Virus record (IMG/VR): IMGVR_UViG_3300010412_000005
Span: 1 to 64,000 of that record
DNA: 64,000 bases
Direction: 5' to 3' (one strand)
Source: a virus
The translations under genes were made by a program, and so were the position numbers. The notes under the pieces are model-generated. The model saw nothing but the letters and a program-made list of their open reading frames with translations. It had not been told where the DNA came from and searched no databases. Below are positions 38,702 to 47,991 of this stretch, one piece after another (within the stretch, counting starts at the first letter, position 1; every line of letters begins with the position of its first letter).

Positions 38702-40218
38702 AGGACCATCTTTCTCATTTCATCTACGGCGTTTATTACTTGGTCGATTGTGACTGCACGCATACACTCACCGTTGCTCTTGGTGAATGTCGTTCCTCGT
38801 TCTCTATGCCTCGCTCCAATCTCGGGGAAAAGATCCTCATCAGCCTGAAGTGTCACGCACCATCCAGAGCTTAGGATGAACTCTGGATATGTGACTCCGA
38901 ATATGGCAATGGATGGGAGCTTTTGAGACATGGCTAGATGAAGTGGAAAGCTGTCCAGACCTATGAACATGTCTGACTCTGCCATGATTGCCGCGCTTTG
39001 GTGAATGTCAGTGCGTCCTCTGTAGTCTAATGAAGCTGAGATTGGAAACGTGTTGTGACTTCCAAGGACAATCACCGCCCATCCGTTCTGCTTCAAGTAA
39101 TTCGACACTGCAGCAAATCCACTCATGCTCCAGTTCTTTCCAGCCCATGTGGTTGGACCTGGGGCTATGACTGCTCTTGGCCTGTGAACCTGGGCCAGTT
39201 GTTGCTTAGCCCATTCAGTGCTCTCCTCATTTACAGGCATGTCCAGAGAATAGTCAGTCACCTTCACATCAGCCACTTCAGCGTAGCTGTCGATGATGTG
39301 CTTCATCGGCCTGTTCTCATACGCCATGTTCAGGTCAATGATCAGTGAGTCTGCACCTGGACGCAGGCTTTTCGTAGCTGTGTGAACCAGAGGATTGTTC
39401 GCAAACAGAGCTGGGAACTGCGTGATGATGTATATTGGAGACAGGGGCTTATCCTTCTTCAACTGCTTGATGATTGGAGTTGTCAGAAGAACGTCTCCAA
39501 TAGCCGCATCGCGCTTGATGACGATTGGGTAGTTGAACTTGCGCACCTTCAGATAATGCGCCCATACCCTACAGAGTGTCAGGTGGTTTTTCTCCTGAAA
39601 GAACCGAACGCGAGATACATGACGGGCAGTTGTGTTTGGCCAATGAAGAACCCTGATGCCAACTCTGTGTATGCTGTATCCTTTTTCCCTGCACCGCAAA
39701 CTCAGATCAGAGTCCTCTCCGTAGGCAAACTCCAGGTAGTTGCTAAAAAGACCCAGCCTCTTGATAACTTCGGTCCTGCACATGAGGCAGGAGCCTTCAA
39801 GGTATTCGAATGCTCCTGGCTTTCCGTGAAAGTGCGGCGTGATCTCTGAGCAGTTTCCGAAAGGTCCACTAAGAGCAGCCTTTGGATCAGTCTTAAATGG
39901 TTGCTCAAGCTGTCCCAGCCAATGGGGTGGAACGGCGGTGTCGTTGTTGAGCAGGACGAAATAGGGAGTGTCGCATAGTGAGAACGCATACTTGTGTGGA
40001 ATTTGGAATCCGTAGTTCTCAGGATTGTTGACTATCGTAACTGAACCTGCTGGAAGCTTCTTCTGCACAGACTCGAATAGATTGAGAGTCCTATCTGTGC
40101 TTCCGTTGTTCGTTAGGATGAGATTGTAATCCCTGCTGTGCGCTATGACTGACTCAAGGCACCGCTTGGTTACGTCCACCTTATTGAAGGCAACAATGCT
40201 GACAGTGTATCGCGCCAT
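38698..40218 (-). CDS. fused GT2 + GT9 (heptosyltransferase-like) glycosyltransferase
   Basis: NNGSTD, LLNND, EDSDLSLR (GT2); AIGDVLLTTP, K.W, DSFPLHLA, IFG.T (GT9). Confidence 0.9.
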   Translation of the reverse strand: MARYTVSIVAFNKVDVTKRCLESVIAHSRDYNLILTNNGSTDRTLNLFESVQKKLPAGSVTIVNNPENYGFQIPHKYAFSLCDTPYFVLLNNDTAVPPHWLGQLEQPFKTDPKAALSGPFGNCSEITPHFHGKPGAFEYLEGSCLMCRTEVIKRLGLFSNYLEFAYGEDSDLSLRCREKGYSIHRVGIRVLHWPNTTARHVSRVRFFQEKNHLTLCRVWAHYLKVRKFNYPIVIKRDAAIGDVLLTTPIIKQLKKDKPLSPIYIITQFPALFANNPLVHTATKSLRPGADSLIIDLNMAYENRPMKHIIDSYAEVADVKVTDYSLDMPVNEESTEWAKQQLAQVHRPRAVIAPGPTTWAGKNWSMSGFAAVSNYLKQNGWAVIVLGSHNTFPISASLDYRGRTDIHQSAAIMAESDMFIGLDSFPLHLAMSQKLPSIAIFGVTYPEFILSSGWCVTLQADEDLFPEIGARHRERGTTFTKSNGECMRAVTIDQVINAVDEMRKMVL

Positions 40219-40219
40219 A

Positions 40220-40981
40220 TCACAGCGACCCTCGTTCTCTCAGCCACTGATGTGCGAAAGTTGGGTGGTATCCTTTATAGGATTGAAGCTTGTCGCACCA
40301 GTCGCCAACTTCCCACCAGTCATGCCTGTTCTGTTGTTCAAATTCAATGAACCTTTTGTCTGCCTTGCCAAACCAGAGCATGTTGTTCTCCCTGTTCTTC
40401 CTGTAGAACGCCTGATAATCGCGGAGGAATCCGTAGTGAAAGATGCGAAGCTCAGGGTGCCTCTCTGCACGTTCTCTTATAGGAGGTTCGCCATCGTGAT
40501 ACGGTTCATCTGATGGCATGAACAGCTCTGACGGACCCATTCGAGCAACGTATCTGCCAACGCAATGGCCATCAGGTATCAGCGTCCACGCATCTCTTAC
40601 GAAGTTGAGTCTCTCAAACCATGCGCATGCTTTGCGTTCTGCAATATCCAAGACTCGCTTGTGGCATTCCTCGCTGTCATCGAGAACCTCGTCTGCATCT
40701 AGCCACAGTTGCATTGGATGCTTCAGCAGCTTACGAGCTTCGTTGATCGCATTCACAAACCAACGTGGCTCACCGACAGGATACGTCCAAGGGACCTGGA
40801 CAACCTTGATCCTTGGCCATTCAATCGACAGTGCAGCCAGTCTGGATTGAGTGTCGTCTGTGCTTTCAGCATGACAGATGACTATCTCATCGCATACAGG
40901 GACTAAAGACCGCACGCACTCTTCGATGCAGATATCGAAGGTGGTAGCGTTTCTGACGAATGTGTAGCCAGAGATCTTCAC
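40220..40981 (-). CDS. GT2-family glycosyltransferase
   Basis: ISGYTFVRN, DEIVI..STDDT, LDADE, IFHYGFLR. Confidence 0.88.
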   Translation of the reverse strand: MKISGYTFVRNATTFDICIEECVRSLVPVCDEIVICHAESTDDTQSRLAALSIEWPRIKVVQVPWTYPVGEPRWFVNAINEARKLLKHPMQLWLDADEVLDDSEECHKRVLDIAERKACAWFERLNFVRDAWTLIPDGHCVGRYVARMGPSELFMPSDEPYHDGEPPIRERAERHPELRIFHYGFLRDYQAFYRKNRENNMLWFGKADKRFIEFEQQNRHDWWEVGDWCDKLQSYKGYHPTFAHQWLRERGSL

Positions 40982-41739
40982 AGTGCTCCGCGTTCTTTGA
41001 GCCAGTCGTGGGCAATAAGGGGATACCTGCCGTCATGGGTAAGGCACCGATCCTTCCAAGGAACGTAGTGCCAGTATTCCTTACCCTCGTTGACAGCCTT
41101 TTCGATTGTTCTGTCCCATGTTCCGAAGAACATGTTCTGCACGTCCTTGACCTTCTCAACCATCACCGATTGCTTGCGCATGAATCCAAGATGGTAGATG
41201 ACGAACGAAGGATGGTTTCTGCCCATACGGCGCATGTCGCATTCTCCGTTCGGTTGCGGTTCATCGGCTGGCATGAAGAGTTTCGTAGGCCCAAGTCTGG
41301 CAACTTTGTGACCGCATACAACGTCATGAGGAATGATTGTGCGGACGTTTCTGATGAAGTTGACTCGGTAAAACCATCCACACCAACCATTCTCTGCCCA
41401 TCTTCGCATGACTTCATAGGTCATCTTGTCGTCGTTGAGGACTTCGTCGGCATCCAGGTAGAACTGACAGTCATACTTCAGGTGCGCACGAACCCTGTTC
41501 ATCCACTTGATGATACAGTAAGGATCGTTGACTGGGTTCGGCCAAGGTAGGTTGATGACTCGTAATTGAGGAACCTGAGATTTGAGACTTTCGAGAAAGT
41601 CACGCGTTCCATCATCAGAGTCGGAGTCGCAAGCCACGATCTCATCGCATACAGGAGCCATTGATCGGATCGCCAGATCCACGCAATAGTCATGCTTGAT
41701 GACGTTCCTTGCACATACATAGCCAGAGATGTTTTTCAT
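40978..41739 (-). CDS. GT2-family glycosyltransferase (paralog of neighbour)
   Basis: ISGYVCARN, DSDSDDGT, LDADE, IYHLGFMR. Confidence 0.88.
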   Translation of the reverse strand: MKNISGYVCARNVIKHDYCVDLAIRSMAPVCDEIVACDSDSDDGTRDFLESLKSQVPQLRVINLPWPNPVNDPYCIIKWMNRVRAHLKYDCQFYLDADEVLNDDKMTYEVMRRWAENGWCGWFYRVNFIRNVRTIIPHDVVCGHKVARLGPTKLFMPADEPQPNGECDMRRMGRNHPSFVIYHLGFMRKQSVMVEKVKDVQNMFFGTWDRTIEKAVNEGKEYWHYVPWKDRCLTHDGRYPLIAHDWLKERGAL

Positions 41740-41987
41740 TTGAGTCTCTTCATCCAATCTTCAGCTGCACCAGCTTTAATAAGGAACTCCTTCAGAACAT
41801 TGATGACATCCTCGCGACGTGCATTGGACACGTAGTTCATCGTTCCTTGCTTGTCCTTGTCGTCGTTAAACCCGAAGGTGAACAACACAAATCCAAACCC
41901 ATCAGGAATAGTTGCCTCGATCTGCTGAGCGGCATCTTGGAGGTATTGCTTATATCCGTCTGGTAATGGCTGGGGATCACTTGTCAT
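41736..41987 (-). CDS. small hypothetical phage protein
   Basis: GFGFVLFTF...NYVSNARREDV; coupled to neighbours. Confidence 0.7.
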   Translation of the reverse strand: MTSDPQPLPDGYKQYLQDAAQQIEATIPDGFGFVLFTFGFNDDKDKQGTMNYVSNARREDVINVLKEFLIKAGAAEDWMKRLK

Positions 41988-42543
41988 GTCTAACCTTGAG
42001 AACTGCCAGCATTGTTCCTTCTATGTGCATGACGTCATACTCGGGCGGCAGTTCTTTTAAGACCCGAGTAGGACCATCCTCGCACTTACTCTCCACGTCA
42101 TGCCACATGATCGTCAGGTCACGTGTCTTGGCGTAGTCCAAAGCTTTCATGGTATCCACTCTGACATAGTCATACTGATGGTTTGCGTCGATGAACACGA
42201 AGCCAATGCCATCTGGATACGGAAAGATCCTGCTGTCGATGCTGTATGTTCTGACGTTAGGAAGATGCTTTGCCTTAACCGCTACGCGAGCAGCAGCGTC
42301 CTCGCATGTTAGGGTTGGCATGTTCTTATTGTCTTCCCAGTCAACCGCATGGACAATCCTGTCTGGAAATCGAAGAGCAAAGTTCAGCGTTGTGTGACCT
42401 ACGTTGGCTCCAATTTCGAGGATGTCACCTTTGCACTCACCAGCAAGTTGGAGGAGAATCTGCGTCTCTCCAGGTCCTGTGTAGTGCGGTGGAGCTGGTA
42501 GTGGTTTCTCAAACCAACCTGGGTTCTGTGGAATCGTTCGCAT
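41977..42543 (-). CDS. class I SAM O-methyltransferase (Methyltransf_24-like)
   Basis: ILEIGANVGHTT, FVFIDANHQYDYV, WHD. Confidence 0.85.
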   Translation of the reverse strand: MRTIPQNPGWFEKPLPAPPHYTGPGETQILLQLAGECKGDILEIGANVGHTTLNFALRFPDRIVHAVDWEDNKNMPTLTCEDAAARVAVKAKHLPNVRTYSIDSRIFPYPDGIGFVFIDANHQYDYVRVDTMKALDYAKTRDLTIMWHDVESKCEDGPTRVLKELPPEYDVMHIEGTMLAVLKVRHDK

Positions 42544-43312
42544 CTTGCATCAATAAGTTAAAGAATTGCTGGTTTCTTTTACGGCAATCATCGAGCAAAA
42601 GTCTAGGAGCTACATTAAGGACAGCGCTACCAGTCTGCTCAACGTAGTTCTCTTTGTTTGCATACACTCCATGCCAAGGAAGACCTGCGAAGAATCTGCT
42701 CATCCACGCATTCATTACAATGACTGGCTTTTGTATGAGCATGCTCCAATACGCACCGTGATATGAGTTGGTTAGGACCACATGCCCCTTGCTCAAGAAG
42801 TCGATGATCAGCTTCATGTCATCGGTCTCGAAGTTGGACATTCTTGGGTGCGGAAGATCGAGCGGAAAGTCATCGTGGTAATACATCACGTATGCCTCAT
42901 TCGGTCTCGGTCTATGGATCAGAAACTCAGAATGCATGCATGAAGCGCACGGAACGTAGTGGAATGGATTGGTCCTATCCCTGAGTCCAACGATATCAAA
43001 CTCTTTAAGCCACTCATGCCAATGACCATGACACATGTGGTGGTAATTACTCCCAACACCCCACATGACAACCTTACAGTCAGGGTTCAACTCCTTAGCC
43101 TCATGCAACGCCTTTCTCATTGCGTCATCTACCTGCGTATGAAGCATCCCTCCACCGCCGAAGATCAACATGTCGATAGGAACGCGCTGCTTCCACTTGA
43201 AGATGTCAAAGCTTTGGCACTCGTGCTTCGACCAATCGAAGTAGTGGAATGGATTACATAGTATATCCCCTACGTTCGATGTGTCATGGAAATGGACGAA
43301 GGCAATCTTCAT
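42509..43312 (-). CDS. polysaccharide pyruvyltransferase-like protein
   Basis: NVGD, GGGGM, WGVG, VGLRD, TNSYHG motifs. Confidence 0.8.
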   Translation of the reverse strand: MKIAFVHFHDTSNVGDILCNPFHYFDWSKHECQSFDIFKWKQRVPIDMLIFGGGGMLHTQVDDAMRKALHEAKELNPDCKVVMWGVGSNYHHMCHGHWHEWLKEFDIVGLRDRTNPFHYVPCASCMHSEFLIHRPRPNEAYVMYYHDDFPLDLPHPRMSNFETDDMKLIIDFLSKGHVVLTNSYHGAYWSMLIQKPVIVMNAWMSRFFAGLPWHGVYANKENYVEQTGSAVLNVAPRLLLDDCRKRNQQFFNLLMQDANDSTEPRLV

Positions 43313-43989
43313 TTAGTTGTTCGATACAACTTTGCGAAGTCCCACTCTTTCTGGATACCGATGCCAAATCGTTGAGGAGGCATCACATGCGTATTGTCTT
43401 GAAGCCCAGCATCAATGAAGTGTTGGTTCCAATCGGAGTGTGGAAGCGTGGTCAGATGAGGCTCGTTGCCTGCTCGTGGACCTGTCTGTCCTGGGTTGAT
43501 CAGCAAGATGTGAAGCAAACCACCTGGAGCCATGATGCGATTCAGTTCCCTGCATGCATTAGGAACGTCCTTTAACGGAATCATTGTCATGACTCCGATG
43601 CAGTAGACAAAGTCGAACGAGTTATCATCGAATGGAAGCTTGGCTCTGAGATCTCCAAAAGGAATCTTCAGGTCGAAGTGCTCAAGTCCAAGCCGTCTCG
43701 CTGCCTCAGAAAACTCGCAACCCATGATGCGGAATCCATGCTTATGGAAGTCCACCATCATGTTCCCAGGCCCACAGCTAACATCGCATATCCTGGGATT
43801 GGAAGGCAGCAAGCTGTCCTTAACAAGGGCTGACACATACTGGCGAAGGCTGTGCGCATCCCTATCAATGCGTCTTCGGCCAACCCTGTTTGGTGCCATC
43901 CAATACTTCTCTCCGAAGTCCTCTGGGTTGTATCCATTCTGGATAATCTCAGGTGTCTTCTTACGCTCTGGTAAAGATTGAACTATCAT
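43309..43989 (-). CDS. class I SAM methyltransferase
   Basis: DVSCGPG, LPFDDNSFDFV, RIMAPGG. Confidence 0.88.
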   Translation of the reverse strand: MIVQSLPERKKTPEIIQNGYNPEDFGEKYWMAPNRVGRRRIDRDAHSLRQYVSALVKDSLLPSNPRICDVSCGPGNMMVDFHKHGFRIMGCEFSEAARRLGLEHFDLKIPFGDLRAKLPFDDNSFDFVYCIGVMTMIPLKDVPNACRELNRIMAPGGLLHILLINPGQTGPRAGNEPHLTTLPHSDWNQHFIDAGLQDNTHVMPPQRFGIGIQKEWDFAKLYRTTK

Positions 43990-44726
43990 AGGCGATCAGT
44001 GTGCGGCATTGGGACTCGTCCGTCTATTCCAACCCATAGATTTGGCCTTCTCCAGACCGTGTTTCCGATTTTGCGGCTGCTCTCAAGAATTGTGTTCTGC
44101 TTCAGCCCCTCTGCAATGGCGCGGCAGACGGATTGATTGCCAATGAACAGCTTCGCCCCGGCTATGAGTCTTGCAGCGTCAATGAGCTGAGGAGTCTCAG
44201 CGTATGGGATTGGACCGCATTCCTCTTGGAAGTTGTCGTATTCGTCCAGCCTACCTATGAAGACAGCCACGTTCTTGTAGCGCTCATAGATCCTCTTCCA
44301 GCTGAACATTGGGTTCCTATATCGAGGGGTCCGATTGATTATGACCGGCCTGCCTGGAACCTCTGCCTTGTGATCGACGGTCAACCAAGGATGGTTAGAC
44401 TCATCAGGAACCTGGATTAACTCTGCATGATACTGGCACAAATTCTTCCAGCGCTTGAAGTTGTTGATCAGATAGTTGCGGTATGGATCGAAGTCAACAT
44501 CCCATCTTTGGCTTGGCTTCTGGATGTAGCAGTCTTCGATGTATGGCTGGACCCGTATCAAAGACGCAACGCTCTCACCCCATTCATCAGTAAATGGGTG
44601 GAGGGTTCCCTGCTTCCTTCCTAGGACGAACGTGAACTTCTCGTGACCCCTTTTCTTAGCCAGAGTTCTGGCAGCAGGAAGGCTGTAAAGAACATCCCCT
44701 GCATCTCCTGAGTGGATGAACGTCAT
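43986..44726 (-). CDS. GT9-like (GT-B) glycosyltransferase
   Basis: HSGDAGDVLYSLP and AKLFIGNQS correspond to GT9 IGD and FIGNDS motifs. Confidence 0.7.
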   Translation of the reverse strand: MTFIHSGDAGDVLYSLPAARTLAKKRGHEKFTFVLGRKQGTLHPFTDEWGESVASLIRVQPYIEDCYIQKPSQRWDVDFDPYRNYLINNFKRWKNLCQYHAELIQVPDESNHPWLTVDHKAEVPGRPVIINRTPRYRNPMFSWKRIYERYKNVAVFIGRLDEYDNFQEECGPIPYAETPQLIDAARLIAGAKLFIGNQSVCRAIAEGLKQNTILESSRKIGNTVWRRPNLWVGIDGRVPMPHTDRL

Positions 44727-44729
44727 TGA

Positions 44730-45014
44730 TCAAGCTCCGAAGCTATATTCAATTCCATACTTTTTCTTCAGGTCTGTCGCCTTGATCTTTGCCCATTCCC
44801 AAGCAGAGGACGAGTGGATGAAGTGCTCAGTCTTGCGTTTCTGGTGGAGGACTGGCTTGCCGTAGTGCACCCTCCCCTGGCACACCGCTGGTTCCTTCCA
44901 TCGGAATACCCAAGCTTGCCCGTCTCTTGTTTCCCTTCCTGGCACCTTTACGAAAGATATTCTTGCGTTGAACCTTCTTTTTCGGGGCTTCTTGTTTGGA
45001 TTCTGGTCGCTCAT
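44730..45014 (-). CDS. small basic hypothetical protein
   Basis: ends 3 nt before next start; overlaps upstream tail. Confidence 0.6.
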   Translation of the reverse strand: MSDQNPNKKPRKRRFNARISFVKVPGRETRDGQAWVFRWKEPAVCQGRVHYGKPVLHQKRKTEHFIHSSSAWEWAKIKATDLKKKYGIEYSFGA

Positions 45015-45603
45015 TTTGGGGTTGTGGGTTTGGAGTTGGTTCGACAGCTACCTGATTCGGTTCGCTGTTCCGAAGCGCTTCTGGGTGTGTCGGTCTGCCG
45101 TGCATCTCTCTGGCATTTGGCCCAGCAAAGACGGCTGGCTTCAGCAGATCTGGGTTAACGTCATCGCCCTTGGTCGGGCGTGGACGCAGGTCGATAGACT
45201 CAGAGTCCACCCCAAAGGCAGGCTTGGCAGCGCTTGGAGCAGGACTAGGGGCAGGGCGTGGCGCTGTCCTGGGCGTAGGAGGCGTTTGGGGTTGGGGTGG
45301 TGTCTTGGCACCCGACAAACTCCTGACGGCTCCTTGGGGCATCTTAGGCTCAGGAATGGCCTGTTGCTCCTCAGCCTTGGATTTGGGCCTGATCCTCCCC
45401 TTACCGATATACATGCACTCGTAGTCATTCGCCTTGAACGTGAACGACATTGTGCCTGGAACGCTGCTTGGGGTTCTACCCCAGCACAGCAGCTCGCTGC
45501 CTTGGGTTGATATTACGATGCCAGTGGTTCCAATGTCTTGGCCCTTAACTACTTGCACGCAATCGTTTGGCTCGATGATGATAGCGCCGTCGATCTCTTT
45601 CAT
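44827..45603 (-). CDS. KOW/SH3-like domain plus Pro-rich tail protein
   Basis: PNDCVQVVKGQDIGTTGIV KOW-like motif; ATGA overlap with recombinase. Confidence 0.6.
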   Translation of the reverse strand: MKEIDGAIIIEPNDCVQVVKGQDIGTTGIVISTQGSELLCWGRTPSSVPGTMSFTFKANDYECMYIGKGRIRPKSKAEEQQAIPEPKMPQGAVRSLSGAKTPPQPQTPPTPRTAPRPAPSPAPSAAKPAFGVDSESIDLRPRPTKGDDVNPDLLKPAVFAGPNAREMHGRPTHPEALRNSEPNQVAVEPTPNPQPQNERPESKQEAPKKKVQRKNIFRKGARKGNKRRASLGIPMEGTSGVPGEGALRQASPPPETQD

Positions 45604-46592
45604 AGGTTCTTTCTGAGTGTGAGCATTGCTGTCTTTGCTGAAGCCGCTGTCGGCACAAAGTAATGGTCGAGTGTCTGCCTATCCTTGATCCCAACGATTG
45701 AGCGAACCGCTTCGCTGTCTGCTCCGTTCGTTATCAGTCTGGTAATCAACGTCCTACGGAATGTGTGGAACGTCTTGTCGACGATCTTGCACTTCTTGCG
45801 GAGCCATCGGTTGAACTCAAGGACTGCCTGATACCCTCCGCGCTTGTCGCTGGTCATTGCCTGGAGGACAGGGCAGAGATACCCACTGTCGTCTGGAGGG
45901 TTGAACTTTAGGTAGACTAGCAGCTTGGCCAAGTCAGACCCAGACAACCAAGGTATGCACACAGACATTCCACTGCGCTTGGTCTTACGTGGGACCAGCG
46001 TGATGACCTGCTCTTGCCAGTCAATGTTCTCGTAGCGCAGGTTGGCAACATCAACCATCCGAAGTCCTGTGTTCCAGCCGACAATCGCTGCGTAGTTCCA
46101 GATCGTGCCCTTCGATTTCTTGACGATCAGATCGTATTCATCCTCAGTGAACGTCTCTCTCTTGAGGGGCTTAGATCCAATGCGAACCCTGACGTCATCC
46201 CAAGGGTTCCCATCTATTGAGCCCATCTGTAACAACCACGCAAAGAACTGCTTAACGTGTATTCGGTAGCTGTCTATGGTGTTGGGAGACAGGGCTCTAT
46301 CTTTGAGAGCCTCTATCCAAGTCTCAAGCAGCTTCGCTGTGATGGTCTGTGTGTCTAGCAAGTCGGTGAATGCGATGAAGTCTGTTAGAGCTTTGCGGTC
46401 TTGCCTGATGGTTTCGTAGGTCAGCTTTCTCTTGGCTCGTGTCTCCAGATATTGCTCAGCTGCCTGAATGATGGCCTGCTGATTCAGGTTCACCTTGGCC
46501 GATGGGCTTCGCTTTTCGAGGGCGACCGATAGTCTTGGGAGCTTTTCCGCTTTCTTCGTAGTCGGATCTGATTCTAATTTGTTGGGTGACAT
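45600..46592 (-). CDS. tyrosine recombinase / integrase (start uncertain)
   Basis: LSPNTI core-binding motif, TGLR, RKTK, HTFRR, terminal HY. Confidence 0.88.
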   Translation of the reverse strand: MSPNKLESDPTTKKAEKLPRLSVALEKRSPSAKVNLNQQAIIQAAEQYLETRAKRKLTYETIRQDRKALTDFIAFTDLLDTQTITAKLLETWIEALKDRALSPNTIDSYRIHVKQFFAWLLQMGSIDGNPWDDVRVRIGSKPLKRETFTEDEYDLIVKKSKGTIWNYAAIVGWNTGLRMVDVANLRYENIDWQEQVITLVPRKTKRSGMSVCIPWLSGSDLAKLLVYLKFNPPDDSGYLCPVLQAMTSDKRGGYQAVLEFNRWLRKKCKIVDKTFHTFRRTLITRLITNGADSEAVRSIVGIKDRQTLDHYFVPTAASAKTAMLTLRKNL

Positions 46593-46896
46593 AACCTTGT
46601 GTAAGGCCACGCCCAATAGTCTTCAGTCCATCTCGACTCCAGGCGCGGCGTAGATAGAACAGTTTCTTGCGCGGTCGGAGAAGGTCCAACCCGCAACCAT
46701 CAGCAAATCTGAGAGCGTCACCAACAGCCACGTGCTCCCAGGTTGGCTGCAGCGCAATCCAGTTGGTGACCTGATACGATAGCCCAGCGTCCTTAGCTAT
46801 CTCGCGGAGTGACTTAGCCTTGGCCTTTCTGCGTGCACAGAGTCTGGCTATGCAGGGTGGAATTTGGTCGAGATGTTGAAGCAGGTTGCTCTTCAT
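46456..46896 (-). CDS. HTH DNA-binding protein
   Basis: SLREIAKDAGLSYQVTNWI helix-turn-helix. Confidence 0.65.
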   Translation of the reverse strand: MKSNLLQHLDQIPPCIARLCARRKAKAKSLREIAKDAGLSYQVTNWIALQPTWEHVAVGDALRFADGCGLDLLRPRKKLFYLRRAWSRDGLKTIGRGLTQGYVTQQIRIRSDYEESGKAPKTIGRPRKAKPIGQGEPESAGHHSGS

Positions 46897-47798
46897 AGAT
46901 CCGCGTTATGCGGAACAACATGAGGCAATTCTGTCTCCTGTGTCAACTGCCTATCTACCAGCACCGGCTTACAGATGAGGTTGAGTCTCTCGACTATAGG
47001 AATTCCGATTGAAGGAGTGAACATGGCAGCCAGCTCATTGCCATCACAGTTGCTCGTCACAACTAGGCCAAGCTTCTGCTCGTGTCTCAGCTTGATGAAG
47101 TTGAATACCTCTTCCTCGATCCTCCTTCCCTCGCCCCTGAACTTTCCAAGATCATCGAGAAGGAAGAATGGAACCATTGCATCATTCTCATACCAATCCC
47201 ATAGCGTCTTGTTCGCTATGTTTCTCTCAATCATAGCGCGGAATGAGCGAGGATCGTAGCACCTGACTTCGTTGCCAAGCTTGAGCTGGTTGATTGCCAT
47301 CTGGTATGCCATGCGGCTTTTGCAGCACTGCGGTGGACCATAGAAGATCACGCCTCTTTGACCTTTAACCCAGTCTCCGTGCGTCTTCCAGATGTTCTGA
47401 GGAAACCGTTCCTCTTCGCTGTCTTGGTAGATTGGAGGAACCCAGGTCTTCAGTCGTTTATCGAACTGCGTCTCTGGTCTTCCCCTGGTCTGCTCAGCTT
47501 TGTGCCTGAAGTATTCGACAGTCGATGGTCCGAGTTGACCGTCGCACTTTGGGCAAACAATCCTGAGCATGATTCCACTATCTCGATAGAAGTCCAATCC
47601 GTGCTTATCCACTTTGACACAGCGCTCTTGTCCGCAAACTGAGCAGTTGTATCTGAAGTCAACCATCTCTTCTTGGTAAACTGTTTGGACATCTATCTGC
47701 TCACAGGCATGGTGCGTCAAATGGGGCTGGTGGTGTAAGTGTCGGGTCCTTGGGTGGTGTGGCATCGAAGAACTCCTCATGTAGTCGTTCAAGCTCAA
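46893..47798 (-). CDS. DnaC/IstB-like ATPase with N-terminal Zn knuckles
   Basis: CSVC...CPKC; GVIFYGPPQCCKS, LLDDLG, VTSN, ERL. Confidence 0.8.
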   Translation of the reverse strand: MSLNDYMRSSSMPHHPRTRHLHHQPHLTHHACEQIDVQTVYQEEMVDFRYNCSVCGQERCVKVDKHGLDFYRDSGIMLRIVCPKCDGQLGPSTVEYFRHKAEQTRGRPETQFDKRLKTWVPPIYQDSEEERFPQNIWKTHGDWVKGQRGVIFYGPPQCCKSRMAYQMAINQLKLGNEVRCYDPRSFRAMIERNIANKTLWDWYENDAMVPFFLLDDLGKFRGEGRRIEEEVFNFIKLRHEQKLGLVVTSNCDGNELAAMFTPSIGIPIVERLNLICKPVLVDRQLTQETELPHVVPHNADL

Positions 47799-47991
47799 GT
47801 ATCTGAGAGCGTTTATCAGGAGGAAGGAGATCTATCAGGATCTTCTTCTGATTCCTCAGATTCTTGATTTCCTTGAATTGATCTATCGTCTGGTTCACGT
47901 AGAAGTTTACCTTCGCTTGCAGCCTTCCGTTCTCCTTCTTTAACGAAAGGATCTTCTCCTTCAAACTGATCAAGATTTCGTCGTTCGACAT
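47701..47991 (-). CDS. coiled-coil hypothetical protein
   Basis: heptad-rich; same-strand gene array. Confidence 0.6.
   Translation of the reverse strand: MSNDEILISLKEKILSLKKENGRLQAKVNFYVNQTIDQFKEIKNLRNQKKILIDLLPPDKRSQILELERLHEEFFDATPPKDPTLTPPAPFDAPCL

Noticed and set aside
37549-44726. DNA hypermodification pathway
   Set aside because: No base hydroxymethylase, TET/JBP, nucleotide kinase or phage polymerase seen; GT9 and pyruvyltransferase point to surface-type glycans. Not formally excluded.
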